Counted from the stretch's first letter, positions 39,201 to 50,266 are shown. The stretch is 64,000 nucleotides of DNA from an uncultured Desulfatitalea sp. (GCA_963668675.2 CAXXMB010000002.1:2336001-2400000), one strand, 5' to 3'. Notes: generated from the sequence alone by a model not told the origin. A program made the numbers and translations.

Positions 39201-41774
39201 CTAGTAAACGTTGGGGGCGGCTCCCAAAATGGAAGCAAATGCTGATGCCAGCTCATCTAATGTAAAGGGCTTCTTTAGGAAGGAGTGGGGTCCGTTCAGA
39301 ACGATCCTCTTTGAACGTTCATCGAGTTCGGATCCGCTGGCGATGATCACCCTGAGGTCCGGATCGATGGCGTGCAACGCTTTGAACACCTCGTGGCCAT
39401 CCATTTCGGGCATGATCATATCCAGAATGACCAGATCGATGGCTCCGGATTGCGCTTCGTATATCCGTACGGCATCCAGACCGTTATCGGCGAGGGTCGC
39501 TTTGAATCCGAGGCTCTGGACCAATTCTCCAATATATTCGAGTATGGGCGCCTCGTCATCCACCACCAGAACGCGTTTCCCTTCGGCTTCGATGAGTGTC
39601 GGGGTTTTTTCCCGAACCGGTTCAGGCATCGCGCCGTTGGCGGCCGGCAATAGCAGACGAAAGGTGGCACCTTTTCCGATACGCGACGAGACCCGGATGT
39701 GGCCGTGGTGATTTTTCACCACCCCGTAGACTGAGGCTAGACCTAACCCTGTGCCGCGACCGATCTCTTTGGTTGTAAAGAAGGGTTCAAAAATGCGTTT
39801 GATGGTACCCTCATCCATTCCCGTACCCGTATCGGCCACTTCGATCTCGATGTAGGGACCCGGGTCCACGTCGCTCCAGTGCTCCGCCAACTCTTCCTCG
39901 AGGAACCTGTGGGTGGATACTGTCAGCTCGCCACTGTTGGGCATGGCATCCACGGCATTGACGAAAAGATTGAGCAGCACCACCTCCATCTGGCCTTGGT
40001 CGGCGTTCAATATGGCTGGGCTGGCATTGAGCTGGCGATGAATGCGGATGTTCTTGTTGGTACGTTCGACAACGTTTAACGAATCGTCGATCAACTGGTG
40101 CAAATCGAGGGGCCCAAAAATAGAATGGCTTCTCCGGGCATATCCCAGCAGCTGGCGGGTCAATGAGGAGCCGGACTGGATCTGGTCTTCGATGCGCTGG
40201 AGCTTCTCCCGGTAGGCGTAGTCGTTTCCCGGGTCCAGACGCAGCAGGGAGACGTTGGCCTGCATCCCCATCAGTAAGTTATTGAAATCGTGTGCGATGC
40301 CACCCGCCAGCGTGCCGATTGCCTCCATCTTCTGGGATTGCAGCAGCTGCTCCTGCAGCTGGTTCTCCTCGGTAATGTCTTTTGCCATGCCGATGATACC
40401 GGTGATGCGTCCCTCTTCGTTGGAGTTGACCGAAGCGGTGAAATCAAAAATGCGCTGGCTGCCCGTTTGACTCACCATCTCCAGATTGCATGCCGCAACA
40501 CTTTTTTTGCCGTTGATCAACTGCTGATGTATGTCGGTGCAACGGGCGTGCTGTTTCTCGACGACGAAATCAGTGAACCGGCGGCCCATCACCGCCTCTT
40601 TGGTATGGCCCAGTATACTCTCCCAGGCCGGATTGGCGTAGCTGATGGCGCCGACGTCGTCCAGGGTGACCACAATCATCGGTGCATTTTCACTGAGCGA
40701 CTTGAAACGCTCTTCGCTTTGCCGCAGGGCCTCCTGGGCCGCCATGGCCTCGGTCACATCCCTGAGGATGACCAGGTGGCCGGTCAACTTGTCGTTGTTG
40801 CGCAGCACCGAGGCTTTGACCTGCAGAAACTGGTAGGATCCGCTATTTTCGATCTCAATAATGGTGGGTAGTCCAGCATCCTTGAGGTGGCCGATCACGG
40901 GCAGTCTCGGCCACCAGGAGATGACCTGATCGGCACTGCGCCCGATCACGCTGTTCTGCTGGACCCCGGCCAACCGTGCAGCGGAGCGGTTGAGATCTAG
41001 GATACGGTGGTCCGGGTCCATCACGATAATGCCGTCGCTCATGTTCTGGATGACGATATCGCGCGCAATGGGAACGATGTCCAGCAGGCGGTAGCGCAGG
41101 ATGCCCCACATGACGGCCAGCCCGCTGATGCTGAAGGCAAACGGGGTCAGATCGAGTTTGGGAAAGGGTTGGGCACCGCTCAGAAAGAGCACATTGCATG
41201 CCCATGGGGCCGTTGCCGCAACCATCAATGAAATCACCTGACTGCGGTATATGCGCTGGGCGTCCATCAAAGATTTGGCGATGAAGATGAAGCCCAGAAA
41301 CAGCAGGATGTAGGAGTAGGCCGTATGAATCCAGAACCAGGGCCCGAATTTGCGCGAAATGAGGTAGAAACTGTCGCTCTGGAACCACTCCACCTGTCGG
41401 AACATGAGATGGTGGAGATTGTTGGTGGCCACCATGAGGACGGTCAGGGCGGGTACCACCGACAGCATCAAGAGGCGCGACGTTTTCAGTCCGCGAATGC
41501 GATTGGCATAATAGAGGCTGAAGGTGAACCACGCCACCGGGATCACGGCAATGAAGAGATACTTCAAATTGCCGCTGAAGATCTTGGTCGGATGATCGAA
41601 GGAGGCGACCTCGAACATGGTCAGGAAGGCCCACATGCCCACCGACACCATCAGAACGGCAAACGCATGGTTGCCTAAGTTGGGTCGGTTTCTGAGGACG
41701 GCAATGGCCAGGGCGGCCGATATTCCGACTGCTACCAGCAGCAGAAGCGTATAGGGTTGATCAAAGAAGGGCAT
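39201..41774 (-). CDS. Hybrid sensor histidine kinase (7TM N-terminus, 2 PAS, HisKA, HATPase, REC)
   Basis: Multi-TM N-terminus, AGGIAHDFNN, NAVDA, DTGTG, FFTTK, GTGLGL, VVDDE/LDMIMP/KPF. Confidence 0.93.
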   Translation of the reverse strand: MPFFDQPYTLLLLVAVGISAALAIAVLRNRPNLGNHAFAVLMVSVGMWAFLTMFEVASFDHPTKIFSGNLKYLFIAVIPVAWFTFSLYYANRIRGLKTSRLLMLSVVPALTVLMVATNNLHHLMFRQVEWFQSDSFYLISRKFGPWFWIHTAYSYILLFLGFIFIAKSLMDAQRIYRSQVISLMVAATAPWACNVLFLSGAQPFPKLDLTPFAFSISGLAVMWGILRYRLLDIVPIARDIVIQNMSDGIIVMDPDHRILDLNRSAARLAGVQQNSVIGRSADQVISWWPRLPVIGHLKDAGLPTIIEIENSGSYQFLQVKASVLRNNDKLTGHLVILRDVTEAMAAQEALRQSEERFKSLSENAPMIVVTLDDVGAISYANPAWESILGHTKEAVMGRRFTDFVVEKQHARCTDIHQQLINGKKSVAACNLEMVSQTGSQRIFDFTASVNSNEEGRITGIIGMAKDITEENQLQEQLLQSQKMEAIGTLAGGIAHDFNNLLMGMQANVSLLRLDPGNDYAYREKLQRIEDQIQSGSSLTRQLLGYARRSHSIFGPLDLHQLIDDSLNVVERTNKNIRIHRQLNASPAILNADQGQMEVVLLNLFVNAVDAMPNSGELTVSTHRFLEEELAEHWSDVDPGPYIEIEVADTGTGMDEGTIKRIFEPFFTTKEIGRGTGLGLASVYGVVKNHHGHIRVSSRIGKGATFRLLLPAANGAMPEPVREKTPTLIEAEGKRVLVVDDEAPILEYIGELVQSLGFKATLADNGLDAVRIYEAQSGAIDLVILDMIMPEMDGHEVFKALHAIDPDLRVIIASGSELDERSKRIVLNGPHSFLKKPFTLDELASAFASILGAAPNVY

Positions 41775-41923
41775 TTCGCCTTAGTTCACAATTTCAGAGC
41801 AATGATTCATCCATAAAGACCGGTAAACAATCCAAATTGTCTGTAGGAGGGCTTGGGTACCGGTTCGGCCAGTAAGGTCCCATGAACACCCATTTATAAA
41901 GTGCCGTCCACTTTGTCAAACGC

Positions 41924-41960
41924 AAAAGCCGGGGCAGTCTTTACGGCTGCTCCGGCTTTT
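41924..41960. terminator. Rho-independent terminator after htpG
   Basis: AAAAGCCGGGGCAGTC-ttta-CGGCTGCTCCGGCTTTT. Confidence 0.8.
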
Positions 41961-41992
41961 CAATCTATTTTTATTTTTGCCGAATGATTCGG

Positions 41993-43927
41993 TTATGCGA
42001 TGGCCTGGCTCATCACCTCTCCCACAAGACGGGAGAAGCGGCCCGGATTTTCGAGCTTGCCACCTTCGGCTATGACGGCCAGGTCATACAGCATATGGCT
42101 GTAATCCTTCAGAACCTCATTGTCGCGGTCCTTTTCGTAGATGGCCTTGATTTTGGCCATCACCGGATGGTCCATGTTCAGTTCCAGAACCCGTTTGATT
42201 TCGGGGGTTTTCTGACCGGCTGCGCGCATCAGTTTCTCCATGTAGGCGCTCATATCGTATGCCTCCCCGGAGAGACAGGCGGCCGACTCCTTCAGCCGGT
42301 CGGAGGCTTTGACCTCCTTGACCTTCTCCTCCAGCTGTCCCTTGATAAAGCTGAAGAGGGCTTTGAACTCCTCTTTTTTGGACGACTGTTCTTCGCCCAA
42401 CTCCAGGTCGCCTTTCTCCGCGCTTTTGAACGGTTTGCCGTCGAACTCGGTCAGGGACTGCATGGCCCATTCATCCACCGGATCGGCCATCAGCAACACT
42501 TCAAACGATTTCTCCTTGAGTTTCTCCAGTAGCGGGCTGTTGGACAGGGCGCTCAGATCGTCTCCGGTGATATAGTAGATCTCCTTCTGGTCGGGCTGCA
42601 TGCGTTTAACGTATTCGTCCAGTGAGACCCACTTGCCGTCGGACCGGGTCGTTTTGTAGCGTGCCAGGGCTGCGATCTTGTCCCGCTTGTTGGGGTCGGT
42701 GTAGATGCCCTCTTTGATGACGGGGCCGAACTCCTCGTAGAACGTTTCGTAATCTTCGGGCGACATCTCGTTGAGCAGATCAAGCACCTTCTTGACCAGG
42801 TTGTTGCGGATGTTCATCACCAGACGATCCTGCTGCAGGATTTCGCGGCTCACATTGAGATTGAGGTCGGGCGCATCGACAACCCCTTTGACAAAGCGCA
42901 GATATTCGGGCACCAGCTCCTTGCAGTCCTCCATGATAAAGACCCGTTTGCAGTAAAGCTGCACGCCGTGTTTGCGCTCAGGCTGGAAAAGATCGAAGGG
43001 TGCTTTGGAGGGGATGTAGAGCAGCATGTCGTATTCGGTGGTGCCTTCGAACTTCATGTGCAGACGGGCCAGGGGCGGGTTCCAGTCGTGGGCCAGGTGC
43101 TTGTAGAACTCTTCGTGGGTCTTGTCGTCCACGTCATCCTTGGGCTGGGACCAGATCGCCTTCATGGAGTTGATGGTCTCCTCTTCGACCACCTGGCGCT
43201 TGGTCTCTCCGATGGGTTTACCCTCTTTGTCCTTGATGATCTCTTCGTCGGGAATGGGGACCTCTTTCTCGACGTCCATCAGGATGGGATAGGCCACATA
43301 GTCGGAGTGCTGCTTGATGATTCTGCGGATCTGCCACTGATCGGTGAAATCGGATTCATCTTTTTCCGCCTTGCGCAGGTGCAGCGTGATGGCGGTGCCA
43401 CGCTGCTCTTTTGTTGTTGTTTCGATATCGAACTTACCGTCGCCGCTCGACTCCCAGCGTACGGCCTGATCTTTGGCGGCTCCGGCGGCCCGGGTGACCA
43501 GGGTTATCTTGTCGGCCACCATGAAGGCGCTGTAAAACCCGACGCCGAACTGTCCGATCAGTTCAGGGGTCAGCATCTCTGCGCTCTGGGCCTCTTTGAG
43601 CATCTCCATGAAGCCGGCGGTGCCGCTTTGGGCGATGGTGCCGATATTGTCCATCACCTCATCGAAGGTCATGCCGATGCCGTTGTCGCTGATCTCTAGG
43701 GTTTGGGCGATGCCGTCGCTCTTGATTTTGATCTTGAATTCGGCGTCGTCACCCAGCAGTTCCGGCTCGGTCTGGGATTTGAAGCGCAGTTTGTCGATGG
43801 CGTCCGACGCATTGGAGATCAGCTCCCTGAGGAAAATCTCCTTGTTGGAATAGAGGGAATTGATGATCAAATTGAGGATTTGACGAACTTCGGTCTTAAA
43901 TTGATGGGTCTGTTTTTTGCCTTCCAT
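41993..43927 (-). CDS. htpG: Molecular chaperone HtpG (Hsp90)
   Basis: [47 protein letters not shown]. Confidence 0.97.
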   Translation of the reverse strand: MEGKKQTHQFKTEVRQILNLIINSLYSNKEIFLRELISNASDAIDKLRFKSQTEPELLGDDAEFKIKIKSDGIAQTLEISDNGIGMTFDEVMDNIGTIAQSGTAGFMEMLKEAQSAEMLTPELIGQFGVGFYSAFMVADKITLVTRAAGAAKDQAVRWESSGDGKFDIETTTKEQRGTAITLHLRKAEKDESDFTDQWQIRRIIKQHSDYVAYPILMDVEKEVPIPDEEIIKDKEGKPIGETKRQVVEEETINSMKAIWSQPKDDVDDKTHEEFYKHLAHDWNPPLARLHMKFEGTTEYDMLLYIPSKAPFDLFQPERKHGVQLYCKRVFIMEDCKELVPEYLRFVKGVVDAPDLNLNVSREILQQDRLVMNIRNNLVKKVLDLLNEMSPEDYETFYEEFGPVIKEGIYTDPNKRDKIAALARYKTTRSDGKWVSLDEYVKRMQPDQKEIYYITGDDLSALSNSPLLEKLKEKSFEVLLMADPVDEWAMQSLTEFDGKPFKSAEKGDLELGEEQSSKKEEFKALFSFIKGQLEEKVKEVKASDRLKESAACLSGEAYDMSAYMEKLMRAAGQKTPEIKRVLELNMDHPVMAKIKAIYEKDRDNEVLKDYSHMLYDLAVIAEGGKLENPGRFSRLVGEVMSQAIA

Positions 43928-43970
43928 GGGTATGCCTCTCAAGCTCCTTTTTGATGGTTAATCCGGCTAA

Positions 43971-43999
43971 ATAATGGGTAAAAAAAATCAATTGTCAAG
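43971..43999 (-). promoter_or_regulatory. Putative sigma32 (RpoH)-type heat-shock promoter of htpG
   Basis: Minus strand CTTGAC-15 nt-CCCATTAT, close to the consensus CTTGAA-N13-17-CCCCATNT. Confidence 0.6.
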
Positions 44000-44025
44000 G
44001 CAGTAGAGTGTGTTTCGAGAGGGAA

Positions 44026-45042
44026 CTATCTTGTGGCTTTGGTTTGCGGCGCTTCGGCCAGCATGGCTTGGCGTACCACCATGGATGCGGGAACCAGGGT
44101 GACGCTTTTTTTGAGGCGCGGGAGAAATGCGTTGATCGATTGGACGGTGTTGGGATGGGGATGGGCGATGCCCACGGCGTAACCCTGCCGGCGGGCGCGT
44201 CGGATCAGGCGCTCCAGCTGGGAGCGGATGAAGGCCGGATCGTCGACATGGTCGATAAAGATATCCCTCTCGGCGAAGGGCAGCTGAAGCAGATTGGCCG
44301 ATGGCCGTGCGACCGTTTCGGTGGTGGTGCGGCTGTCGACGTAGTAGAGATCCTGCCTCTTGAGAATCGAGAAGATCTGCCGCATCCGCTCGGGTGAGGC
44401 GGAGATCCTGGATCCCATGTGATTGTTGACGCCCTTGATACCTTGGATCTGGTCGAGATTTTGCCTCAGTTGGGAAATGAATTCGTCGGGGCTCATTTCG
44501 GAGAGCAGTGCACCAGGGCCTGGTTTGACCGTCGGATACTCATTGGGTTCCATGGGCAGGTGGAGCATGATCTCCAGCCCTTTGGCCCGTGCCCGCTTGA
44601 CGATGTGGCGACTGAAGGGGCTGTAGGGCAGCATGGAGAAGGTCAATGGCACGTCCATCTCCATGAATTGATTGGCGATGCGTTGGTCGTAGCCGATATC
44701 GTCGATGATGATGGCCACCAGGGGTGGGCGGTCTCCGGGCAGTTGCGGCAGACGTTTCAACGGCTTGGCCGGCGGACGGCTTTTGGAGAAGACCTCATAG
44801 GCCGGTTTTTGACTCTGGGGAGACACCACCTCCGGGATGGGATAGTGGCTGTCCGGTCGTATGGCGGCACTGGTGTGGTCGGTCGGCGTGCCGATGAGCC
44901 ATTTGGCCGCGACGCCAGCACCGAGCACCAGAACCACCAGTAGGGTGAGACTGCCAAAGATCTTGATGAGTTGGAGTGTTAGATCCGGACCCTTTTTCGA
45001 CCTTTTTTTGCGCCGTTTGACCGTGGTACCTTTTTTAGCCAT
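44026..45042 (-). CDS. Divergent polysaccharide deacetylase (YibQ family)
   Basis: AIIIDDIG, MLHLPMEP, GVNNHMGS, VDSRT, RDIFID, GIAHP. Confidence 0.92.
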   Translation of the reverse strand: MAKKGTTVKRRKKRSKKGPDLTLQLIKIFGSLTLLVVLVLGAGVAAKWLIGTPTDHTSAAIRPDSHYPIPEVVSPQSQKPAYEVFSKSRPPAKPLKRLPQLPGDRPPLVAIIIDDIGYDQRIANQFMEMDVPLTFSMLPYSPFSRHIVKRARAKGLEIMLHLPMEPNEYPTVKPGPGALLSEMSPDEFISQLRQNLDQIQGIKGVNNHMGSRISASPERMRQIFSILKRQDLYYVDSRTTTETVARPSANLLQLPFAERDIFIDHVDDPAFIRSQLERLIRRARRQGYAVGIAHPHPNTVQSINAFLPRLKKSVTLVPASMVVRQAMLAEAPQTKATR

Positions 45043-46381
45043 TGCCCAGTTTCTTGAAAATATCGTAGCCGATCAAAATATCCAGGGCCCTTCGAACCTG
45101 GCTGTCCTTCATCAACTGCTCCGCACTCAAGGGACTCAACCGTGTTCTGATTGCGTCGTCGCTCTTTTTGTCCTTTGTCTTGTCCTGGGGGCCCGATTGC
45201 GTTTTACCGCTTTCGGCGTCCAGATGGTTGGCCAGATCCTTCTCCTTGAAAAGACGATCCGCCTCGGTGGCATCATCTTCTATGATACGGCGGGCTACCA
45301 CGATATCGGGCTCCACGCCCTTGGCCTGGATCGAACGGCCGCTCGGCGTATAGTAACGCGCAATGGTCAACTTCAAGGCGTAACCGTCGCTGAGGGGTTC
45401 GATGGACTGTACCGATCCCTTGCCGAACGAGGTGGTGCCGATGACGATGGCCCGTTTGTCATCCTGAAGTGCACCGGCCACAATCTCCGAAGCACTGGCG
45501 CTGCCACCGTTGATCAAGACAACCAGCGGGTAGGTACGCGGCGGGGTGCTTTTAGTGGCCGGATAGACTTTGGTGTGTCGTTTGAGCCGCCCCTTGCTGG
45601 TCATGATAATGCCCTCATCGATGAAGAGATCCGAGATGTCGATGGCTTGGTTTAGCACGCCGCCGGGGTTGTCGCGCAAGTCGAGAACAAGCCCCTTGAG
45701 GGGCGGATCGGCCTTCTCCAGCTTTTTGAGGGCCGACACTAAATCATCGTAGGTGTTTTCGCGGAAATGGGTGACCCACACATAGCCGTATCCGGGCTGC
45801 AGCTGGGTCGATTTGACGCTATGGATTGGAATCACGTCTCGAATGAGTTCGAAATCCAATGGCTTGGATTCGCCTTCTCGAATGACCGTGATGGTCACTT
45901 TGGTGTTTTTGGGACCACGCATCCGTTTGACCGCATCGGTCAGGTTGTCCGTGGGGGTGCCGTCCACCTTGACGATCTTGTCACCAGCCTGGATGCCTGC
46001 CCTGTAGGCGGGCGTCCCCTCGATGGGGGAGATGACCGTCACCAGGTTGTTGCGCATGGTCACATGAATGCCGATGCCGGTAAATTCCCCCTGGGTGTCG
46101 ATCTGCAGCTCCTTGAACGCTTCCGGGGTCAGCAGAGAGGAGTGGGGATCGAGACTGTTGACCATGCCCTGGATGGCATTTTCGATCATCTTCTGCTCGT
46201 CGACTTCATCGACATAGTTTTTTTCGACAATGTCGATGACATCCGAAAATATTTTGAGGCCCTTATATGTCGCGTCGCGATCGGCGGCAAGATTGCGGTA
46301 GGCGCCGGGCAGGAAAAGGGCGGCGGCAATAGCGATAATGCCGACCCATACCCAACGATAGCTGTTGCGGAATTTATGCAT
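45035..46381 (-). CDS. ctpA: Carboxyl-terminal processing protease, S41 family
   Basis: LDPHS, GIGI PDZ domain, DLRDNPGG, SASASEIVAGALQD, GKGSVQ. Confidence 0.93.
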   Translation of the reverse strand: MHKFRNSYRWVWVGIIAIAAALFLPGAYRNLAADRDATYKGLKIFSDVIDIVEKNYVDEVDEQKMIENAIQGMVNSLDPHSSLLTPEAFKELQIDTQGEFTGIGIHVTMRNNLVTVISPIEGTPAYRAGIQAGDKIVKVDGTPTDNLTDAVKRMRGPKNTKVTITVIREGESKPLDFELIRDVIPIHSVKSTQLQPGYGYVWVTHFRENTYDDLVSALKKLEKADPPLKGLVLDLRDNPGGVLNQAIDISDLFIDEGIIMTSKGRLKRHTKVYPATKSTPPRTYPLVVLINGGSASASEIVAGALQDDKRAIVIGTTSFGKGSVQSIEPLSDGYALKLTIARYYTPSGRSIQAKGVEPDIVVARRIIEDDATEADRLFKEKDLANHLDAESGKTQSGPQDKTKDKKSDDAIRTRLSPLSAEQLMKDSQVRRALDILIGYDIFKKLGNG

Positions 46382-46392
46382 GCGAGGCTCTC

Positions 46393-47820
46393 CTATCCTT
46401 TGTTGATCCATTCGAGCGGATCGATTGGTTTGCCGTGGTGGCGGATTTCAAAATGCAGCGCCGGGCCCATCAACGAACCGGAATCACCTACAGTTGCAAT
46501 CACTTCTTCTTTGTCAATGCGGTCGCCTTTGACCTTGAAGACCTCTTCCAGATGGGCGTAGACCGTATAGTAGTGATTGCCGTGGTCGATGATCAGCATG
46601 TTGCCGAACCCTTTAAACCAGCTTGAATAGATGGCGTATCCGTCAGAAACAGCCCGAATCGGCTCTCCCCGTTCGGCGCGGATGTTGATGCCGCTCTGAA
46701 AGTTGACCAGTTTTGCCTTCTCATCGCGATAAGGTCCGAAAAACGAAATGATCTTACCCTTTACCGGCCAATCGAGCAACCCCTTGTACGTTTCGAAAGG
46801 CCGGTTGTCATCAGCCGCGCCGGTCGCTATTTGCGCTGCTGCTTCGGCCGCCCCCGGTTGGAAGGCTGCCAAGGTGCTGTCCAGGGTTTTGGCCGCCTGA
46901 TGCAACGATTTGAAGGCGGCCTGCTCCAACTCCTTACGGCCGCGGATTTTTTTCAGCAGCGTGGTGCGTTTGTCCTGCTCGTTGTCCAGTACGGCAATAC
47001 GTTGGCTCAGTTCGATCTCCAGCGCTCTTTTTTCGGCCCGCTTGGCATTGAGCTGTTCCAGCATGGACTCGAGCTCTGTCTGGTCGGCGCGCAGTTTATC
47101 AAGTACGGCCTCATCCTGAGAGAGGATACGTTCCAGGGAAGATTTGCGTTGGATGAAGTCGTAAAACGAACCTGCCGTGGCCAATAGCTGCACCCTTCCA
47201 ATCCAGTTGAGCTTATAAAGGGCTTTCAGGCGCCGGGACGCATAGGCCTGGCCGGCCGCGATCTCCTTCTCCTTGGCCGCATAGTCTCTCCCGATCTCCT
47301 CCGTTCTCTTCTGCAACTCCTCAAGCCCTCGGCGTGTGGAGCGAACCTGACGCCGGTGTCGGTCAAGGGCCTGCTCTGATGCATTCATTTCATCGATCAC
47401 GGCCTGCTCTTTGCGGGTCACCTCATCGAGTTGTCTGCGAGACGCTTCGAGCTTCCCCTTAAGGGTTTCGGCCTCGTGCCGCAACTCCTTTAGCTCTTCC
47501 GGTTCAATGCCCTGGGCCGTGTCGACGGATCGAGCGGCCGATTCGTCTATGCTGATCAGGCGAAGAAGGCCCTTGTTCTCAAGAACATAGCCCTTGGTGC
47601 CGGCATGGTCGATTTTCAGCCATCCCTTTTCGCGCCCCAACACACGGACTCGGCTCTCCTTGGCCAGGCGCATCACCACGCGATACTTCTTACCCGGACC
47701 CGATCGCATGTTTAGATCGGACACTCGCACCACGCCCACTTCGACCGCCAGAGCGCTGCTGAGCCACAGCAACAGGCTGCCAAGGGTCAGGAGTGTTATA
47801 TGGATGGTCCGGTTGGTCAT
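46393..47820 (-). CDS. envC: EnvC-like murein hydrolase activator (SH3b + coiled coil + degenerate M23)
   Basis: Follows ftsX; LNMRSGPG SH3b; long coiled coil; WPVKG...IIDHG...LHFEIR with Zn ligands lost. Confidence 0.85.
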   Translation of the reverse strand: MTNRTIHITLLTLGSLLLWLSSALAVEVGVVRVSDLNMRSGPGKKYRVVMRLAKESRVRVLGREKGWLKIDHAGTKGYVLENKGLLRLISIDESAARSVDTAQGIEPEELKELRHEAETLKGKLEASRRQLDEVTRKEQAVIDEMNASEQALDRHRRQVRSTRRGLEELQKRTEEIGRDYAAKEKEIAAGQAYASRRLKALYKLNWIGRVQLLATAGSFYDFIQRKSSLERILSQDEAVLDKLRADQTELESMLEQLNAKRAEKRALEIELSQRIAVLDNEQDKRTTLLKKIRGRKELEQAAFKSLHQAAKTLDSTLAAFQPGAAEAAAQIATGAADDNRPFETYKGLLDWPVKGKIISFFGPYRDEKAKLVNFQSGINIRAERGEPIRAVSDGYAIYSSWFKGFGNMLIIDHGNHYYTVYAHLEEVFKVKGDRIDKEEVIATVGDSGSLMGPALHFEIRHHGKPIDPLEWINKG

Positions 47821-48692
47821 TTTAAAAACTGTTTCAGTGAGATCCAGCATCCCAGCCATCCCACCAGGGTGCCGCTGACGACGATCAACAGGCAGATGGT
47901 GGCTGGAAAAAAGCGCAGGGTCAGCAGACCGCTGGCCAGGCTGGGTTGAAAATGGCTGGATAGAGAGAAGTAACCGACATAGAGGACGGCCAGTCCGATC
48001 AGGGTGCCCAGGCCGCCCTGAATCATGCCTTCCAGGTAGAAGGGGATTTTGATAAATCGGTCGGTGGCTCCCACCAGGCGCATGATTTCGATCTCGTCGC
48101 GCCGCGAATAGAGCACCAGGCGGATCGTGTTGGCCACGATAAAGACGGTGGCCATGAAGAAGAGTGCCCCGATGCCGTAGCCGGCGATACTGAAGAGGTT
48201 GATGATGTTGGTGAAGCGTTGAATCCACTGCTGGCCGTATTCAACCTCTTCGACGGCTGTCAGGTTCTGAATGCGCTCGGACAGAAACTGCAGCTCGTCA
48301 CTGTTGCGGGCAGCCGCCTGCAGGGTGACTTCAAAGGCGTCCGGCAGCGGATTCTCCTTGAGGTTCTCCAGGAGGGCCGAGTGGTGGGGCATCTGGCCCT
48401 TGAGCCGATCCATGGCCTCCTCCTTGGAGATGTAAATGGCATTCTGCACGCCGGCGATGCTTTGCAATCTGAATTTGGTGTCCAGGCGGGCAGCCTCCGA
48501 GGTGTTGGGCTTCAGATAGACCATCATGCGGATGCCCTTCTGCCATTGGGTCAGCAGGTCTCCGGCATTGACGAAAAAGAGGGCAAAGGCCGAAGCGATC
48601 AGTATGGAGAGGGCGATGGTCACTACCGTGATAGCCGTCAGGAAGCGATTCTCTTTGATGTCGTTGATGGCGCGTTTGAAAAACCGTTTCAT
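47817..48692 (-). CDS. ftsX: Cell division permease FtsX
   Basis: NPLP, IVANTIRL..RRDEIEIMRLVGAT..FIKIPF. Confidence 0.95.
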   Translation of the reverse strand: MKRFFKRAINDIKENRFLTAITVVTIALSILIASAFALFFVNAGDLLTQWQKGIRMMVYLKPNTSEAARLDTKFRLQSIAGVQNAIYISKEEAMDRLKGQMPHHSALLENLKENPLPDAFEVTLQAAARNSDELQFLSERIQNLTAVEEVEYGQQWIQRFTNIINLFSIAGYGIGALFFMATVFIVANTIRLVLYSRRDEIEIMRLVGATDRFIKIPFYLEGMIQGGLGTLIGLAVLYVGYFSLSSHFQPSLASGLLTLRFFPATICLLIVVSGTLVGWLGCWISLKQFLK

Positions 48693-48711
48693 CTTAGATC
48701 AAGACTCCTGC

Positions 48712-49398
48712 CTATGCCGACTCGTTCGACCACAATTGGCCATCACGCAAATGCACCACTCTTGATGTGCTGCGTTGGAGTAAGTTTTTGTCGTGGGTGG
48801 CCACGATCACCGTGGTCCCTCGGGCATGAAACGCATCCAGGTAGTCCATGATGACGCCGGCGGCCTCTTCGTCCAGGCTGCCGGTGGGTTCGTCCGCCAG
48901 GATGATCTTGGGATCGCCCACAGCCGCCCTTGCCACGGCCACGCGCTGCTGCTCCCCGCCCGAAAGGCTTTGCGGCAACGCGCCCATGCGGTCCTCCATG
49001 CCGACGGTGCGCAGCACGCTCCTGACTTTTTTGTCGATCAGGCGCGGCTTGCGGCCGGCGGCCTCCAGAACCAGTGCAACGTTTTCGTACACCGTTTTGG
49101 TGGGAATCAATTTATAATCTTGGAAGATGATGCCGAATTTGCGTCTGAGCAGGGGGATACGACTGCGGCCGATGCGTGACAGATTCATGCCGTCGATCAG
49201 CACCTGACCCTCGGAGACAGGTTCGCCCAGGTAGAGCAGTTTGAGCAGGGTGGTCTTGCCCGCGCCGCTGCGGCCGGTGACAAACAGAAATTCGTTTTTG
49301 GAGATATCCAGGGTAACGTCTTTAAGTGCGAAGTTTTTGCCGTAACGTTTATGGATATGGAACAGTCGAATGATGGCATCACTGTTGGTCTGGATCAT
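48712..49398 (-). CDS. ftsE: Cell division ATP-binding protein FtsE
   Basis: GRSGAGKT, IFQDYKL, LSGGEQQRV, LADEPTG; upstream of ftsX. Confidence 0.95.
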   Translation of the reverse strand: MIQTNSDAIIRLFHIHKRYGKNFALKDVTLDISKNEFLFVTGRSGAGKTTLLKLLYLGEPVSEGQVLIDGMNLSRIGRSRIPLLRRKFGIIFQDYKLIPTKTVYENVALVLEAAGRKPRLIDKKVRSVLRTVGMEDRMGALPQSLSGGEQQRVAVARAAVGDPKIILADEPTGSLDEEAAGVIMDYLDAFHARGTTVIVATHDKNLLQRSTSRVVHLRDGQLWSNESA

Positions 49399-49708
49399 GT
49401 GCCTCAATGTCCCACGCCGGCCGTGCCGGTGTTGAAGGTGTAATCCCAATGCATGGTTTGAATATGAAACAAAGGCCAACCTTACGAATGTCGGCGACCG
49501 TCGATCGAACAGGTTGACCGGTGCAGGCTTCCCTGCTAAGAACACCGCTGAGTCCGAGGAGTGCTGCCCCCAGTTTTCCTTGCTCTGCCTCCGCTGAAAC
49601 CCATCAAACGGCTTCTTCCAATCAGTGGAGGCTTTTTTATCTCATAAGTGCTCTAAAATCAAGCACTTCTTCCCAGATGGCGCCGTGCAAACCAAGCTGG
49701 AGCAAAAA

Positions 49709-50266
49709 ATGAAAGCAGAACTGATCGCCCTTTTATGTGAAAAATCGTTCAAATATTCATCCAAACCGACGTTCAAGCTGGTGTCGGGCCGCATGAGCCA
49801 TTTCTACGTCAATTGCAAACCCACCATACTGAACCCCCGGGGGATGTACCTGGTGGGGCATCTGATGGCCGCCGCCATCGAAGACCTCAATCCCGACGGG
49901 GTAGGCGGGCTCACCTTCGGCGCCGATCCCATTGCAATGGCGACCGCATTTGCCTCGGAACTGAATGGGCGTCCGGTGCAGGCCTTCTCCATCCGCAAGG
50001 AGAAGAAGGACCATGGTATCGCCCGCTGGATCGAGGGGGACCTGGCGCCCGGTTCACGGGTGGTGGTGATCGATGACGTGGCCACCACCGGCGGGTCGAC
50101 CATTAAGGCCATCGAACGTGCCCGTGAAGAGGGACTGGAGGTCGTCCGCTCGGTGGTCCTGGTCGATCGCCAGGAGGGCGGACTGGAGAATATCCGCAAC
50201 CATGTGGACGATGTGCAGGCCCTGATCACCCGGGACGAACTGATGGCGCATATTGGTAAAAGCTAA
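49709..50266 (+). CDS. pyrE: Orotate phosphoribosyltransferase
   Basis: [27 protein letters not shown] (PRPP loop), VDRQEGG. Confidence 0.93.
   Translation: MKAELIALLCEKSFKYSSKPTFKLVSGRMSHFYVNCKPTILNPRGMYLVGHLMAAAIEDLNPDGVGGLTFGADPIAMATAFASELNGRPVQAFSIRKEKKDHGIARWIEGDLAPGSRVVVIDDVATTGGSTIKAIERAREEGLEVVRSVVLVDRQEGGLENIRNHVDDVQALITRDELMAHIGKS

Noticed and set aside
47821..48228. N-terminal 135-aa extension of the EnvC ORF (track start 48228)
   Set aside because: Overlaps ftsX in another frame; the likely start is ATG 47820, followed by a signal peptide and overlapping the ftsX stop
49646..49668. CIRCE-like 9-bp-spaced inverted repeat
   Set aside because: The arms are in the opposite orientation to CIRCE (TTAGCACTC-N9-GAGTGCTAA) and it is not upstream of a heat-shock gene; kept only as an unassigned IR
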